The notes under the pieces are model-generated. The model worked only from the letters and a program-made list of their open reading frames with translations. It did no database searches and was not told where the DNA came from. Shown here in pieces: positions 32,674 through 43,110 of a stretch of DNA of 64,000 nt. A program made the position numbers and the translations under genes. The first letter of the stretch is position 1, and the number at the start of each line of letters is the position of its first letter. Origin of the DNA: an uncultured virus (IMG/VR IMGVR_UViG_3300035208_000814) (Duplodnaviria > Heunggongvirae > Uroviricota > Caudoviricetes); IMG/VR virus record IMGVR_UViG_3300035208_000814. One strand, written 5' to 3'.

Positions 32674-33092
32674 TCGTCATAATCAACTACAGTTGGTAGT
32701 AATGCCATTGGTGCAACTCTAGATAGTCGCTGATCATCTAAGTCAACTACCAGATTCTCGTCTAATCTCTCTAATGCAATGGGTTGAAGGAATGACAATG
32801 CCTTTAATCGTAGAGCATCCACTCTGGTCTTTGCTGCTGGGGGTAATGTTCCCTCTCGTCTCTCTGCTAATGTCGTATAATTGATATAGGCATAGTATGA
32901 GGCCAGAACAATATAGCACTTCGACATGTACACATCGGCAGTTGTAGTATCCAGATTCTGCGTGCAATATGCAGATGCCGTATCTAACTCATTGTATATT
33001 TGATCATCAGTTAAAAATGATATAGGGATGTCACTAAGGCCCATCCGTACATTCGGTATTAACGAGTATAAGTCTATTGCCATGTGTATCAT
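32670..33092 (-). CDS. head-tail adaptor
   Basis: VRMGLSD...LTDDQI helical adaptor pattern directly after the MCP. Confidence 0.65.
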   Translation of the reverse strand: MIHMAIDLYSLIPNVRMGLSDIPISFLTDDQIYNELDTASAYCTQNLDTTTADVYMSKCYIVLASYYAYINYTTLAERREGTLPPAAKTRVDALRLKALSFLQPIALERLDENLVVDLDDQRLSRVAPMALLPTVVDYDE

Positions 33093-33141
33093 CCTATTAT
33101 ATTAATATTATTACAGTTAAAAATTATAACAAGAATGGCGA

Positions 33142-34047
33142 TTATGCCACTCCTGTAATCACTACAACCCTTTCGTTGGTTGCTGCTGTTGATGGGGTTG
33201 TAGGTTCCGACTCAGGCATAATGAATGTCTTGAACAACTGTGTTAAGACGTACTGTTCACCAGTACCAATGATTCTCTGTGTTTCTGAGGTTGGAATTGC
33301 CGATCCACTGTACGTAATGTGCATACCAGTTTCCGGAGTGTTTAATACAACTAATGCTGATGTGGTTAACTGCCTTGTTGGATAGAAGTGAACCCCATAG
33401 TTCTGCTCAATAAAACCTTTTACAGTAGTGTTGGGATAGAAACCGTGGTTCATTGGCCTCATCATGTAACCTACAAGTCCCTGTGGGTAGAATACATTGA
33501 GAGAGTCTAAATCAGATTCAGTTAAGTATGTGTTAGTTAAGATGTTCTCGATTGCGGCTGAAATGTCGTCTGCCATCTTTGCAGGACTTGTTGAAGCGGC
33601 TGTATGCCAGTGTTCCCCGGCTGCAAATGAATATCCTGCACCTGTTACAAGTGTAGATTTGATATCAGTGTCTTTTGACCATGCAAGTCCACGGGCGGCT
33701 GCTTCAATAGACTGTCTAGTCTGGATGTCTGCCTGCATACGAGCCTTTGACTCATCAGTAACAAGAATCCTAATCTGTTCTTTCTTTAAGTTAGCAGTTA
33801 CATCGAACCATGTCATCATCTGATATGAAGATAATGCTCCTTCTGCAACTTCCTCTGCGTCAAACCGCCTCAGTTTGGGCATAGTTAACTTAATTTCAAG
33901 GGAGTCCATAGACTCTAACGGCAATGCATTCTTGAATACCATTAGTTCCTCGGCTCGTAGATATACTATCTGCCTAAGAATCTCGGTCTTAAGAATATTT
34001 GCATCAGAGGTAGTTGGCCCTGTTCCAAAGAATTTAGTGTTTTCCAT
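33142..34047 (-). CDS. major capsid protein (HK97 fold)
   Basis: About 301 aa from ATG at 34047 with GGTGA RBS; EEVAEGA E-loop motif; ends VVVITGVA; synteny. Confidence 0.85.
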   Translation of the reverse strand: MENTKFFGTGPTTSDANILKTEILRQIVYLRAEELMVFKNALPLESMDSLEIKLTMPKLRRFDAEEVAEGALSSYQMMTWFDVTANLKKEQIRILVTDESKARMQADIQTRQSIEAAARGLAWSKDTDIKSTLVTGAGYSFAAGEHWHTAASTSPAKMADDISAAIENILTNTYLTESDLDSLNVFYPQGLVGYMMRPMNHGFYPNTTVKGFIEQNYGVHFYPTRQLTTSALVVLNTPETGMHITYSGSAIPTSETQRIIGTGEQYVLTQLFKTFIMPESEPTTPSTAATNERVVVITGVA

Positions 34048-34057
34048 AATAATCACC

Positions 34058-34522
34058 TTATGCGGGGATATACCTCTTTGAGATACGCACAACCACAACA
34101 GTTCCTACTCCGGCTGTTGCATCTACGGCTGTCTCTGCTGTACCTACCTGCCAACATGCGGTTTCTGAGGTGTATTTGTCTACATACCCTGCGCCACCTG
34201 CTGCGGAATACACTTTAACCTTATCGCCTATTGCAATAGCGGTATTTGCTGTACCCACAACCATGTTTGCTTTCTGTCCTTCAATCAATGCATGAACACC
34301 GATACGTGCCCCTGCTTTTGCTGTTCCACCGTCTTGTGAGTAAGTCATGAAATTATCCTTACTTGAAACGTATGTGTAACCCATAGGTTCATCAGTTGAT
34401 GCCCCTAATAGATCCATTGTAGAATCAGCAGTAGTTCCCTTAAGTAACATACCCGCATATGGTACTGCACTTGTAATAGTATATGCAATTACCTGCGAAT
34501 CGTTATTAACTCCACCGGCCAT
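34058..34522 (-). CDS. capsid cement/decoration protein
   Basis: Ala/Gly-rich; AIAIGDKV...VGTAETA pattern; between protease and MCP. Confidence 0.7.
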   Translation of the reverse strand: MAGGVNNDSQVIAYTITSAVPYAGMLLKGTTADSTMDLLGASTDEPMGYTYVSSKDNFMTYSQDGGTAKAGARIGVHALIEGQKANMVVGTANTAIAIGDKVKVYSAAGGAGYVDKYTSETACWQVGTAETAVDATAGVGTVVVVRISKRYIPA

Positions 34523-34528
34523 TTTAAA

Positions 34529-35554
34529 TCATCTCGTATTTTTAATTAATTCTTCATATTTCGTCTTACTATACCCCAATGACTTTAGTGCTGCATCAAT
34601 ACTTGCATCTTTATCATTTGTCTGTGATGCTGTAGTAGTTGATTCTGTAGCGGCTGTCATTGGTCTTGTTTTAGCAAGTGTGCCCTTTAGTTTGCCTAAC
34701 ACTTCAAGTTTCTGCTCTACCCCAAGTCCTTTAACAATTGATGCGGGATCATCGACTCCAAGAGTCTTAATCTCATTCACTATGTTATTGTATTGTTCGT
34801 TTAGCATCTTCTCATTGTGTTTACTAAGTACTTCCACTTTGCTCTTATAGTCATCTAATTCCTTACGCATTGAATCTACATTGATGTCAATACTTGGTGT
34901 ATTAGCAACTACTGGTTTATCTACCGTAGGGGTAACAACCTGAGGAGCAGGTGATATCACTGTATCTTTAACTACAGTTTTCGTCTCTGTCTGACTACCA
35001 TTAGTGTCAGTTGAATTGTTGTTTTCATCTGTCATAGTGTTATCTACAGTATTATTGTCTGTACCTTTACTAAATACTATCGGTTCCATTGATACCTGTG
35101 TACCATCTATTGCTGCACCCATAGGTGAGTATGGTGACTGTACAAAAGCGATTTGCTTAATATACGCATTAGTTACCTTACCAGAGGCATCCTTCTCCTC
35201 TACGATTTCGGGAGATACATAATCATATCCTTCTGTGGTTATTTTCCTAATGGCATCTTTATCAAAATTGAAACCTTCGTATTTAAGGTCATCTTTGTTT
35301 TCATTCACTCCGAATTTATAGGCGAATCCAATAGCATCGTTACGTCCCGTCTTATGTGATAAAACAAATGGAACAGGCGACTTCGCATTATTAAAAAGCA
35401 TCTCTATATATTCAGGTGTGAAGTTGGTTGGCTCATCATTAGTTATAGTGCCCATATTAGTAGGTCTACTTCCTTTGAATGTTCCTTCCCGTATGGTAGT
35501 GCCAAATACTTTTAATACTTGTGAACTCTTCCAATCTATCTTGGATGCTGTCAT
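34529..35554 (-). CDS. prohead protease-scaffold fusion
   Basis: N-terminal PFVLSH...AIG...YVSPE...IAFVQSP protease motifs; C-terminal low-complexity coiled coil. Confidence 0.75.
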   Translation of the reverse strand: MTASKIDWKSSQVLKVFGTTIREGTFKGSRPTNMGTITNDEPTNFTPEYIEMLFNNAKSPVPFVLSHKTGRNDAIGFAYKFGVNENKDDLKYEGFNFDKDAIRKITTEGYDYVSPEIVEEKDASGKVTNAYIKQIAFVQSPYSPMGAAIDGTQVSMEPIVFSKGTDNNTVDNTMTDENNNSTDTNGSQTETKTVVKDTVISPAPQVVTPTVDKPVVANTPSIDINVDSMRKELDDYKSKVEVLSKHNEKMLNEQYNNIVNEIKTLGVDDPASIVKGLGVEQKLEVLGKLKGTLAKTRPMTAATESTTTASQTNDKDASIDAALKSLGYSKTKYEELIKNTR

Positions 35555-35639
35555 AATACACCAACCATAGTTATACTTGTGTCATTTACCATATATAATC
35601 TTTATCCTATATTATTAAATAAAAGAAGAGATAAGTTAT

Positions 35640-37151
35640 TTACTTATCTGTTCTAGTATTTTTTGTTGATTGATCATTACTATGCTGCACATCTGATTGA
35701 GGAGTCTGTGGGGGTTTTGCTCCTTTAGTGCCATCTACTCTATTACCGCTTGGTAATGCCGTCTGCTTCATATCCACTTCCTGTTTTGCCTTCTCCTTTA
35801 ACTCTGCTTTTTGCGTGTCTGTTAATGGTTTGTAACCATCCTCATCCCTGATTTCATCATCAGTGAATACTTTGAGTTGCCCCATGATTGCCATTTGCCG
35901 GAGTGTTTCTAACTTGGTTGCGGCCATGTTCATCTCAATCTTGATGTCCAGTTCATCTACGGGGAATGCAGAGTTAATCAATTTAAGTCTCTGTCTAATA
36001 TTTGAAAGGATAACTGGTTTGATTTTGCTACTAATCTGTACAATCTTCTGACTAACATAATTAGCAATAACTAATTCAGAGGCATACGATGATGTAGATT
36101 CCCCGGTAATCATAGATTTGGGCATGTTCATTGCTGTCCATATCTCCTGATTAATCTGATCAATTAGTTCATTAGTCTGCATGTATTGATTGTGACTCTC
36201 AATCATCTCGATTTTAACAGTGTCTAATGTGGCATAACCTTGATCTGACACTTGATTCTTTAATCCTGCACTATAAGACGTTAAGAACGCTACTGCTTCT
36301 GCATTTGCCGCTGCCCGTTTAGTATTGTTATCTCCAATGTATTTGTCAAGACTGAACATCTCGGATGATACTTGGTGATGTTCTCTAGGTACATTCTTAA
36401 ATCTCCACATGACATCAGCAAGGTTTGTCATTCTTTTACGCCAAATTGGCATTATTACTCTATGGAGAGGACTTGCGGAGTAAACACCAAAAGTCTGTCT
36501 TCCCCGACTATCATTCCAGAAAATCGGAGTGTCTTTGTACTTAATGTGTATAAATTTGTCTTTGTTAATAATTCTTTGCCCATATCTACCTTCATATAAC
36601 ACCAACTTATTTGCTTTCATTATAATATTTTCAGGGAATTCACCCCGTACTGCTGATACTATCCGTTGTTCATCATCCACCAATGTCACATATCTATTTG
36701 GTAATATATCTAATGTTAAATCCTCTGATTTCTCAATGAACAGATTACCGTATGTGTATAAGATTTCAGATAATACCTCTGCGTTATTTCTAAGTCCGAT
36801 TTCCTCTGCAAGATATCCGGCCTCTTTAATCATATCTTCCCGTAGTGTATCTAGTTTGTCCATGTCTCGTATTGCAAATTCCTTAAATGACTCCCCAACC
36901 ATAGTTGATATACGGTCAATTGACCCCCCAACTTCGGGTTCCCATACTAAAAACTGCTCATAAATCTGACACTCATCTAGATTTAAGAAATCACTTAACT
37001 CTAACCACTGTGCAATATACTCATTTTGCAAGGTTTTAGTAGCAGCAACCTTCTCCGATTGCGCCACAGTATTAGTTGACATTCGTAAGGATGCAAAATG
37101 CTTTATATGTGCTTCCTGTTGTCGTCTCACTCTATCCATCTTATTACTCAT
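35640..37151 (-). CDS. portal protein
   Basis: 503 aa after terL; YGNLFIE, FIHIK, GVYSASPL, FTDDEIRDEDGYKPL. Confidence 0.85.
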   Translation of the reverse strand: MSNKMDRVRRQQEAHIKHFASLRMSTNTVAQSEKVAATKTLQNEYIAQWLELSDFLNLDECQIYEQFLVWEPEVGGSIDRISTMVGESFKEFAIRDMDKLDTLREDMIKEAGYLAEEIGLRNNAEVLSEILYTYGNLFIEKSEDLTLDILPNRYVTLVDDEQRIVSAVRGEFPENIIMKANKLVLYEGRYGQRIINKDKFIHIKYKDTPIFWNDSRGRQTFGVYSASPLHRVIMPIWRKRMTNLADVMWRFKNVPREHHQVSSEMFSLDKYIGDNNTKRAAANAEAVAFLTSYSAGLKNQVSDQGYATLDTVKIEMIESHNQYMQTNELIDQINQEIWTAMNMPKSMITGESTSSYASELVIANYVSQKIVQISSKIKPVILSNIRQRLKLINSAFPVDELDIKIEMNMAATKLETLRQMAIMGQLKVFTDDEIRDEDGYKPLTDTQKAELKEKAKQEVDMKQTALPSGNRVDGTKGAKPPQTPQSDVQHSNDQSTKNTRTDK

Positions 37152-37179
37152 AATTATCTCCCACTAATCTTTATCATAG

Positions 37180-37280
37180 TGCTTATATATGTTGTGATCT
37201 AATATATACGTACCCCACGACAACAACATCAAGAAGATGATAATCTTTCATCTTCCTTTTGTTTTGTTAGGAGGGGCATG
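37180..37280 (+). ncRNA. TATA-preceded structured element, copy 2 (antisense to the late operon)
   Basis: Intergenic between terL and portal. Hairpin GAAGATGA/TCATCTTC with the same flanks as the 9.1-kb copy. Confidence 0.5.
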
Positions 37281-37307
37281 ACGTTTTAAACCTTTTATTA
37301 TTATAGT

Positions 37308-38804
37308 TTAAAAACAATGCACTATGGCTATATTCGGCCCCATTTTCTTCAGTTCTTTCGGGTCTTCCTCTCTACTTAAATACCAAATGCAGTTAGCAAC
37401 GGCATCAGAACAATCTTTTGAGCCACCAAACTTGTGATCTACTGATGGTATATTAGTCTGTTTGATTACCAACTCATTACACTCCTTCTCTACTACGGGA
37501 TGGTACACAACATTCAAGCCGTATTCCCCGCGATTCTCTTGTAACCCCCGCCACTTATCATAATCTTCTTTCTTTACAATGTGTTTCTCAGGAATTATGC
37601 CAAATTTCACTTCCACATCCTCAATTAGATTCTGGAACATCCAAGTGTCGTATACAAATGCCCCGATATTCAATTGTGATATTTTGGGGTATATAAACTT
37701 TTCTATATCTGATGGCTTAATATATACATCTCCCTCTTGCTTCTTAAATTGATGTACACCATCTATTACTATATTACCATTTGGCGAACGATATCCACAA
37801 GCAATACCAAACCCATCATTAACTGACGCGGGATCAATACTCATAACTCTAGTTGCAGTGTAATTAAAGGCTTTATCCCTAAATCCATCTAGTAACACAT
37901 TATTCATCGTTCTATCCAGTATAATTTTCTCGGGAAATTCCAACTCTCCAGCGGCCTCAGGTTGACATTCAAAGTCTCTATAGAATGTGGGCATATCATG
38001 TCCATACTCTTTCAATAGTAACTCTCTAGTTTGAGTTGGATTCATCTCCCATGTGGGGAATTGATACGCTAATGAATGATCGGGGTCACGTTTGGCATCC
38101 TCAAATAATCCTCTCATTATACCTGTTGCGCTTCTTGGTGAACTAATTGCAATTATATGACCATCAAGACCAAGTGTAGCAGTTGATTTAGATAATGACT
38201 CATAAACATTTTTAGCCCCTCTCTTCCCGGCTGTGGCCTCAAATAAGTCCAACTCATCAAATATTGCACATTTTACAGTTCTACCGACAATTGTGTTAGT
38301 CCATGAACCACCCACCATGAAGAATACATTTTTCTTATCACAGTGAATACGGTCATTTGCTATTCTAATGTCGGCCCAAGTGTTAAACCAATCTGACCCC
38401 TCTAGCATATTACAGCAATTAGAGAATACCCCATCGTCTGCCACTTCTTTACCAGTTGCAATTGTTATTAAGAATAGTGGTTGGTTCTTAAGTAATCCGT
38501 AATGTTTAGATGGATTTTCAATGGTGATGGTGTCAAATAACTCAAAACATGAAAGCATCGACGCTAAAGCCGTCTTTCCGCTACGCATGCCCGCAATGAG
38601 CGTTAATCGCTTAAACTGAGGCAAATTGGGGTTATATCGGGATCGGTAGAATTCCCTGACTATCTCTTCTTGTTTGGGGAATAACTTTTGATCTAGAACA
38701 TTCTCAATGAAATAAACGGGGTCTTTCTTACACTTCAACACTGTCTTCATGTATTCAAAGTAATCCCGGTTATCAGGCAATACCTCTTTCTTCTTTGTAA
38801 CCAT
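37308..38804 (-). CDS. terL: terminase large subunit
   Basis: Walker A AGMRSGKT, Walker B AIFDE, ISSP coupling motif, nuclease SIDPA and KDCSDA. Confidence 0.93.
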   Translation of the reverse strand: MVTKKKEVLPDNRDYFEYMKTVLKCKKDPVYFIENVLDQKLFPKQEEIVREFYRSRYNPNLPQFKRLTLIAGMRSGKTALASMLSCFELFDTITIENPSKHYGLLKNQPLFLITIATGKEVADDGVFSNCCNMLEGSDWFNTWADIRIANDRIHCDKKNVFFMVGGSWTNTIVGRTVKCAIFDELDLFEATAGKRGAKNVYESLSKSTATLGLDGHIIAISSPRSATGIMRGLFEDAKRDPDHSLAYQFPTWEMNPTQTRELLLKEYGHDMPTFYRDFECQPEAAGELEFPEKIILDRTMNNVLLDGFRDKAFNYTATRVMSIDPASVNDGFGIACGYRSPNGNIVIDGVHQFKKQEGDVYIKPSDIEKFIYPKISQLNIGAFVYDTWMFQNLIEDVEVKFGIIPEKHIVKKEDYDKWRGLQENRGEYGLNVVYHPVVEKECNELVIKQTNIPSVDHKFGGSKDCSDAVANCIWYLSREEDPKELKKMGPNIAIVHCF

Positions 38805-39329
38805 CTATTCCACCAACTTCGGGGTTACGTCAATTGTTTCCATTAAATCCAATACTTTCTTTTGGCACGTATCACAACCATCAGTTAATAGTAAGTTTGT
38901 GATTGCCAAGTATTTTTGATTGAGATTCTCAATATTGACCGTTATGGTTGAACTACTATTTCTACCTCGGAAACTTGTCTCTAATGATTCCACAGTAGCC
39001 CGGATTTCCCGTGATAGTTTAATGGACAACTCAATGTCCTCTCTACTCATGTTACCACTGGATGATGTAAATGCCAACCACCCATGTAGATAGCGTAGTT
39101 GTTTTAATAGTTCATTCATGAAGAAGTCCGGCGAGTTGAAGTTACCCTCCGCATCCTCTACTATCTCATGCTCATCCATATGTTGAGTTACATCTTTGGG
39201 ATGCATTTTAAAAAAGATTGCCGCCTCAGTTGTAGTTTTCTTGGCTAACATTATATCTTTAACCCAAATTCGCCCTACCTCTTTAGATAGACACATTGGG
39301 CATGATAAACTATCCATTATAACCTCCAA
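38805..39329 (-). CDS. putative terminase small subunit
   Basis: Directly upstream of terL; N-terminal CPMC...H...H, helical body. Confidence 0.6.
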   Translation of the reverse strand: MEVIMDSLSCPMCLSKEVGRIWVKDIMLAKKTTTEAAIFFKMHPKDVTQHMDEHEIVEDAEGNFNSPDFFMNELLKQLRYLHGWLAFTSSSGNMSREDIELSIKLSREIRATVESLETSFRGRNSSSTITVNIENLNQKYLAITNLLLTDGCDTCQKKVLDLMETIDVTPKLVE

Positions 39330-39395
39330 GTAATCATGTACTATATAATAGTATGTATAGTATATTTATAACTATGCTAAAAATAGAGGGGTTGA

Positions 39396-40043
39396 TTAAT
39401 AATTGTAGATTTTATGTAGAAGAGTTACATCCTCTACAGTAAACTCATAGTTACCCAGTATACTTGGATTTAATACCGAATTTGTACTATCTATATGCCC
39501 TGTTCCCATTGCGTGAGCCAGTTCATGTTTAATACAGTTTTCTCTCTCATTTGGATTTAGTGAGGACACCGTGGAGATGTAGACCATTACACACGGCGAG
39601 ATGTTACCAGTTTGATACCATCCTTCACTTGTCAGCCCTGCCCAATTAGACTCCCAAGTAAAACCCATGTTATCAGGGGTTGCAAATGTCAATAGGATGT
39701 CGGGCTTGCCCTTTAGTGGATCTACTACAATGAATCTCTCCCCTGTATTCTGCTCTAATTCAAACAGACACTCTTGGATGTATGATTCATCAGCGTCCGT
39801 ATATTCCCCCTTCCATGCTACTTTGATATCTGGTTGTGCCCAGTGAACATATCCATTAGGTACTACACCAATATACGGAGATGATACTACAGTTGCGGGA
39901 GTTATAGTGTGATTAAGTGGGGCTAGTATGAGGACAATTGACACTAGTATAATACCAAGTATAACGCCAATACCCATTAGTTTAGTTGATTTCAACATTG
40001 TTTTTGCCTCCATTAAAAGTTTAAATGATGATGATATCACCAT
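39396..40043 (-). CDS. membrane-anchored matrixin-like (metzincin) metalloprotease
   Basis: N-terminal TM helix; HELAHAMGTGH zinc motif; SVLNP at the Met-turn position. Confidence 0.85.
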   Translation of the reverse strand: MVISSSFKLLMEAKTMLKSTKLMGIGVILGIILVSIVLILAPLNHTITPATVVSSPYIGVVPNGYVHWAQPDIKVAWKGEYTDADESYIQECLFELEQNTGERFIVVDPLKGKPDILLTFATPDNMGFTWESNWAGLTSEGWYQTGNISPCVMVYISTVSSLNPNERENCIKHELAHAMGTGHIDSTNSVLNPSILGNYEFTVEDVTLLHKIYNY

Positions 40044-40717
40044 GAAAACTTAAAGATGCTCATCACATCTATGTTCCCCATAGCAGTATACGAGTTGCTG
40101 TATAACTTATCGCCTGTTTGTGTTAATGTCTTTACGGTGTTATCACCACAATTTGCAAGTTGTCCATACATTTCGTTAACGCTATTCCATACTGTTCCGG
40201 CTCCGTTACCATTTGCGGTTGACACATATCCAATATTAGATGTATCGGACTGTGATCCACCTAGATATTCGTATTGTGATCCGGTTTTAATTGACCCATA
40301 ATTTAACATGTAGTCTGATCCGGCGAATACCGATTTATAGTCTACGTTTGTGGGTGCACAATCACCTGTTAATTCTGGTGATGTTTCTGTTTTCTCTGGT
40401 GCGGTGACTTTTACACCCTGATACCCGATAGTTTCTAAATAATGGATATTTGAGCCCGTTATCTGCTTACTACCGACATATCCCGATGCCCCCTGATAGT
40501 TTGTACCTATGTACCGGCCATTTGTAGTGAATAATGAGTCACTATACATGTTCTTTGTCATTCCATCTGTACCTACAAGATTGGTCTGCCCGGAGACAAG
40601 CCCTGATCCTGTAATATCAACCTGATTAATTACGGTTGATGCAGAGGCAAATCCCACGAATATCATGAATGCGATGAGGACTGCCACTAATCCAATATCT
40701 TTTATGTAGTTTGCCAT
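40037..40717 (-). CDS. secreted Gly/Ser/Thr-rich protein
   Basis: Signal peptide ending ASA; beta-rich. Confidence 0.65.
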   Translation of the reverse strand: MANYIKDIGLVAVLIAFMIFVGFASASTVINQVDITGSGLVSGQTNLVGTDGMTKNMYSDSLFTTNGRYIGTNYQGASGYVGSKQITGSNIHYLETIGYQGVKVTAPEKTETSPELTGDCAPTNVDYKSVFAGSDYMLNYGSIKTGSQYEYLGGSQSDTSNIGYVSTANGNGAGTVWNSVNEMYGQLANCGDNTVKTLTQTGDKLYSNSYTAMGNIDVMSIFKFSW

Positions 40718-41059
40718 TTAAATCACCCTGAGTGGTGTAAATTGTGTGATACCCGATGCGATAATCTGCCCATGCATAGTGATTATTACCCACGTATCAT
40801 TGTCTGATGTCCATAATGAACCGTATTCTACTTGATTCATAGGTAAAGTCCAATAACCAGTACCTACGAATGTCCATTGATACGATTCAAATACGAAATC
40901 CTCTGTACCTTCCATTGGCATATATCTTACTTCTTTGTTTTCTGTTATTACTTTACCAACTGTATTCCCAAAAAGATTGGGAGTTGATATTGCGATAAAG
41001 ATTGCAAAGATTATAAGGACAATGCCACTTGCCACATATAATTTCTTCATTCTTATCAC
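40718..41059 (-). CDS. membrane-anchored hypothetical protein
   Basis: MKK plus hydrophobic N-terminal helix. Confidence 0.6.
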   Translation of the reverse strand: MIRMKKLYVASGIVLIIFAIFIAISTPNLFGNTVGKVITENKEVRYMPMEGTEDFVFESYQWTFVGTGYWTLPMNQVEYGSLWTSDNDTWVIITMHGQIIASGITQFTPLRVI

Positions 41060-41299
41060 TTGTTTTTGCCATTATGTTTTGCCAATTATTCCCATACGAT
41101 ACTACAATTATTTTGCAATTAATACGAGATTCTTTGACATTGGCGGTAATGAATTACGTTATTGTAACGCACTAGAGTCTTATGTCAAATACTATATTAG
41201 TGTTCACCTTATAAATATTTTAAGATAGTCTACACTATTAATCGTTGTAAAATCTATAAAAAGAGGAATTGGAGGTTTTGGGGGGAATGCTACTTCCAC

Positions 41300-41617
41300 T
41301 CACACTGGAGGATTGGTGTTAGTAGAAGTTTTCCCTCTTATATAAGTAGTTATAAACACATCAACGAATATAACAAGTGTGAAGTTCTCTCCCAAGAATG
41401 CTAGCATATCGGCCGTTGTACTGATTGCCCCGGACAGTGACATTGCCACCGACACAACAATAGATACAATGACGATTGGTAGGAACTTATTCATTTCAAA
41501 TGCTTCTGGGTTTGTCCCTAAAGACTTGGCGTAATACTTTAATGCCCCATAGAATCCCACCATCACGGCGGTAAATACAATGGGCAATGCTGCTATTAAT
41601 AGATCTATTTCAGTCAT
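41300..41617 (-). CDS. three-TM small membrane protein (holin-like)
   Basis: 105 aa with three hydrophobic segments. Confidence 0.6.
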   Translation of the reverse strand: MTEIDLLIAALPIVFTAVMVGFYGALKYYAKSLGTNPEAFEMNKFLPIVIVSIVVSVAMSLSGAISTTADMLAFLGENFTLVIFVDVFITTYIRGKTSTNTNPPV

Positions 41618-41678
41618 ACGTATAACCAGATAAATGTCTACTCTAAAGTATATAAACTATTCTATTATATTGTATAGT

Positions 41679-41695
41679 ATAAGTGTTTAAACCCT
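41679..41695 (-). promoter_or_regulatory. leftward BRE/TATA-like motif AGGGTTTAAACACTTAT
   Basis: Near-identical to the rightward motifs at 42024 and 43404. Confidence 0.5.
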
Positions 41696-42023
41696 AGTGT
41701 AGATTTGGGTGTGGAAAATCCCCGACTACCTTTACCTATATATTAGTGTGTAATTGATAATATCAGTCATCTCCAATCAACCCCAAGATAACTCATGGTG
41801 TATAAGTATTTAATACTAGAGTTTGATAAATGCCCCACCAAGGTATAGTAAGGCGATTAGTATAATTATTCAATCTCTATTATGTGACTTTTTCTCCCCG
41901 GCGCGGGCTTAGATTTCGATTTGCGACCTAAATTGAAGAGATTGATTCTAACCATTTGTGCAACTCTTTGTATACTGTAACGATTGACTAATGCTCAATG
42001 CTATGACACTATCGACACTAGAA

Positions 42024-42040
42024 AAGGTTTAAATACTTAT
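42024..42040 (+). promoter_or_regulatory. archaeal early promoter (BRE+TATA) AAGGTTTAAATACTTAT
   Basis: Exact 17-bp repeat at 43404; upstream of the first + strand ORFs. Confidence 0.7.
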
Positions 42041-42696
42041 CAGTCTAATAGTGTATTGTGTGAGATGTTTCACACCGGGGTCGCCAAGTTGTGTTAATGT
42101 ATATGTTAGGGTCATACCTACTATACATATCCCTAATTAGGGAAGGTGAATTAAAGTAATGACAACATACAGCAGAACAGATGATACTCTATACTCATCT
42201 ACTGGGTATATGGGAGATATAACGGGAGAGACGGAAACACACTATATAGTAAGGTGGTTCTTTAATCCCCGGAATGGTAACGGAATTGAGAACAGATCAT
42301 TTCTTAAATCAGAGGTGAAATGATGAAAACTAAAACCTCAAATAATTTTATCGTCTATACAGGACTATGTTGTATAGTGCTAATGTATGCAGTAGTAAGT
42401 GGAGTGATGATACTATGAGCACAAAATATAATGGTATCATAAAGACCATTAACCCAAAAACGGGTAAACCAATATCACGTATCATAGGGTATACAAATTA
42501 TACCGGAATGATGGATATGATAAACAAAGGCTCCTTATGCATATTCATCGAGGAGCCAACATCAAAAGGTGAGTCAGGGTATTGGTGTTACTTATGACAC
42601 TAATATCTATAGATCATGATAATAACTCATATATGGAGATAGATGAGTATGATCAAACCGTTGAATATGCTCAAGAATTATCAGAGGTAGAGATTT

Positions 42697-42942
42697 ATGG
42701 CTAACTATACAGGGAGATACAAAGCAGTATCATACCCTCTTATCGTTAAACAGTTAATCAGGATGAGAAAGTTAAGAGGCTCCCCTATACCTTTAAGCAG
42801 GTCTATATCGTTCATTGAAGATCAAACTGGTTTGACATTAGATAAGTCACGCATTAAGCGCGCCCTGATAAGTGTTAAACATCATGATGCCCTTCACATA
42901 CAAGAGAGTGATCATATCAAGGTAATAGACCTTATAGTGTAA
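42697..42942 (+). CDS. small basic hypothetical protein
   Basis: 81 aa; GAGGT RBS. Confidence 0.55.
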   Translation: MANYTGRYKAVSYPLIVKQLIRMRKLRGSPIPLSRSISFIEDQTGLTLDKSRIKRALISVKHHDALHIQESDHIKVIDLIV

Positions 42943-43020
42943 AAGGATTAAACCTTTTAGCACTTTATTTCAATATATCATAAGGTATTAAGACAAGTGT
43001 TTAAACTATTGAGACCAAAC

Positions 43021-43110
43021 CATTATATAGTAGGTGATAGAAATCGAGTAGTTTATATACAGTAAGTGACGAAATCATTATATAGTAGATATCATGGCAA
43101 AATCGGAGCG
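43021..43110. repeat. three imperfect tandem repeats TTATATA(C)AGTA-G...GAAATC
   Basis: Visible at about 43023, 43053 and 43078 in non-coding DNA. Confidence 0.55.

Noticed and set aside
34048..34098. ORF-track N-terminal extension of the major capsid protein
   Set aside because: It overlaps the upstream gene; ATG at 34047 has a properly spaced GGTGA RBS.
22135..36963. Numerous + strand ORFs within the structural module (e.g. 22135-22926, 28875-29363, 36529-36963)
   Set aside because: Antisense shadows of long minus-strand genes; no RBS or recognisable motifs.
37308..38804. Inteins or introns in terL, portal or the MCM-like gene
   Set aside because: Protein lengths are normal and no intein splice motifs or homing endonuclease were seen.
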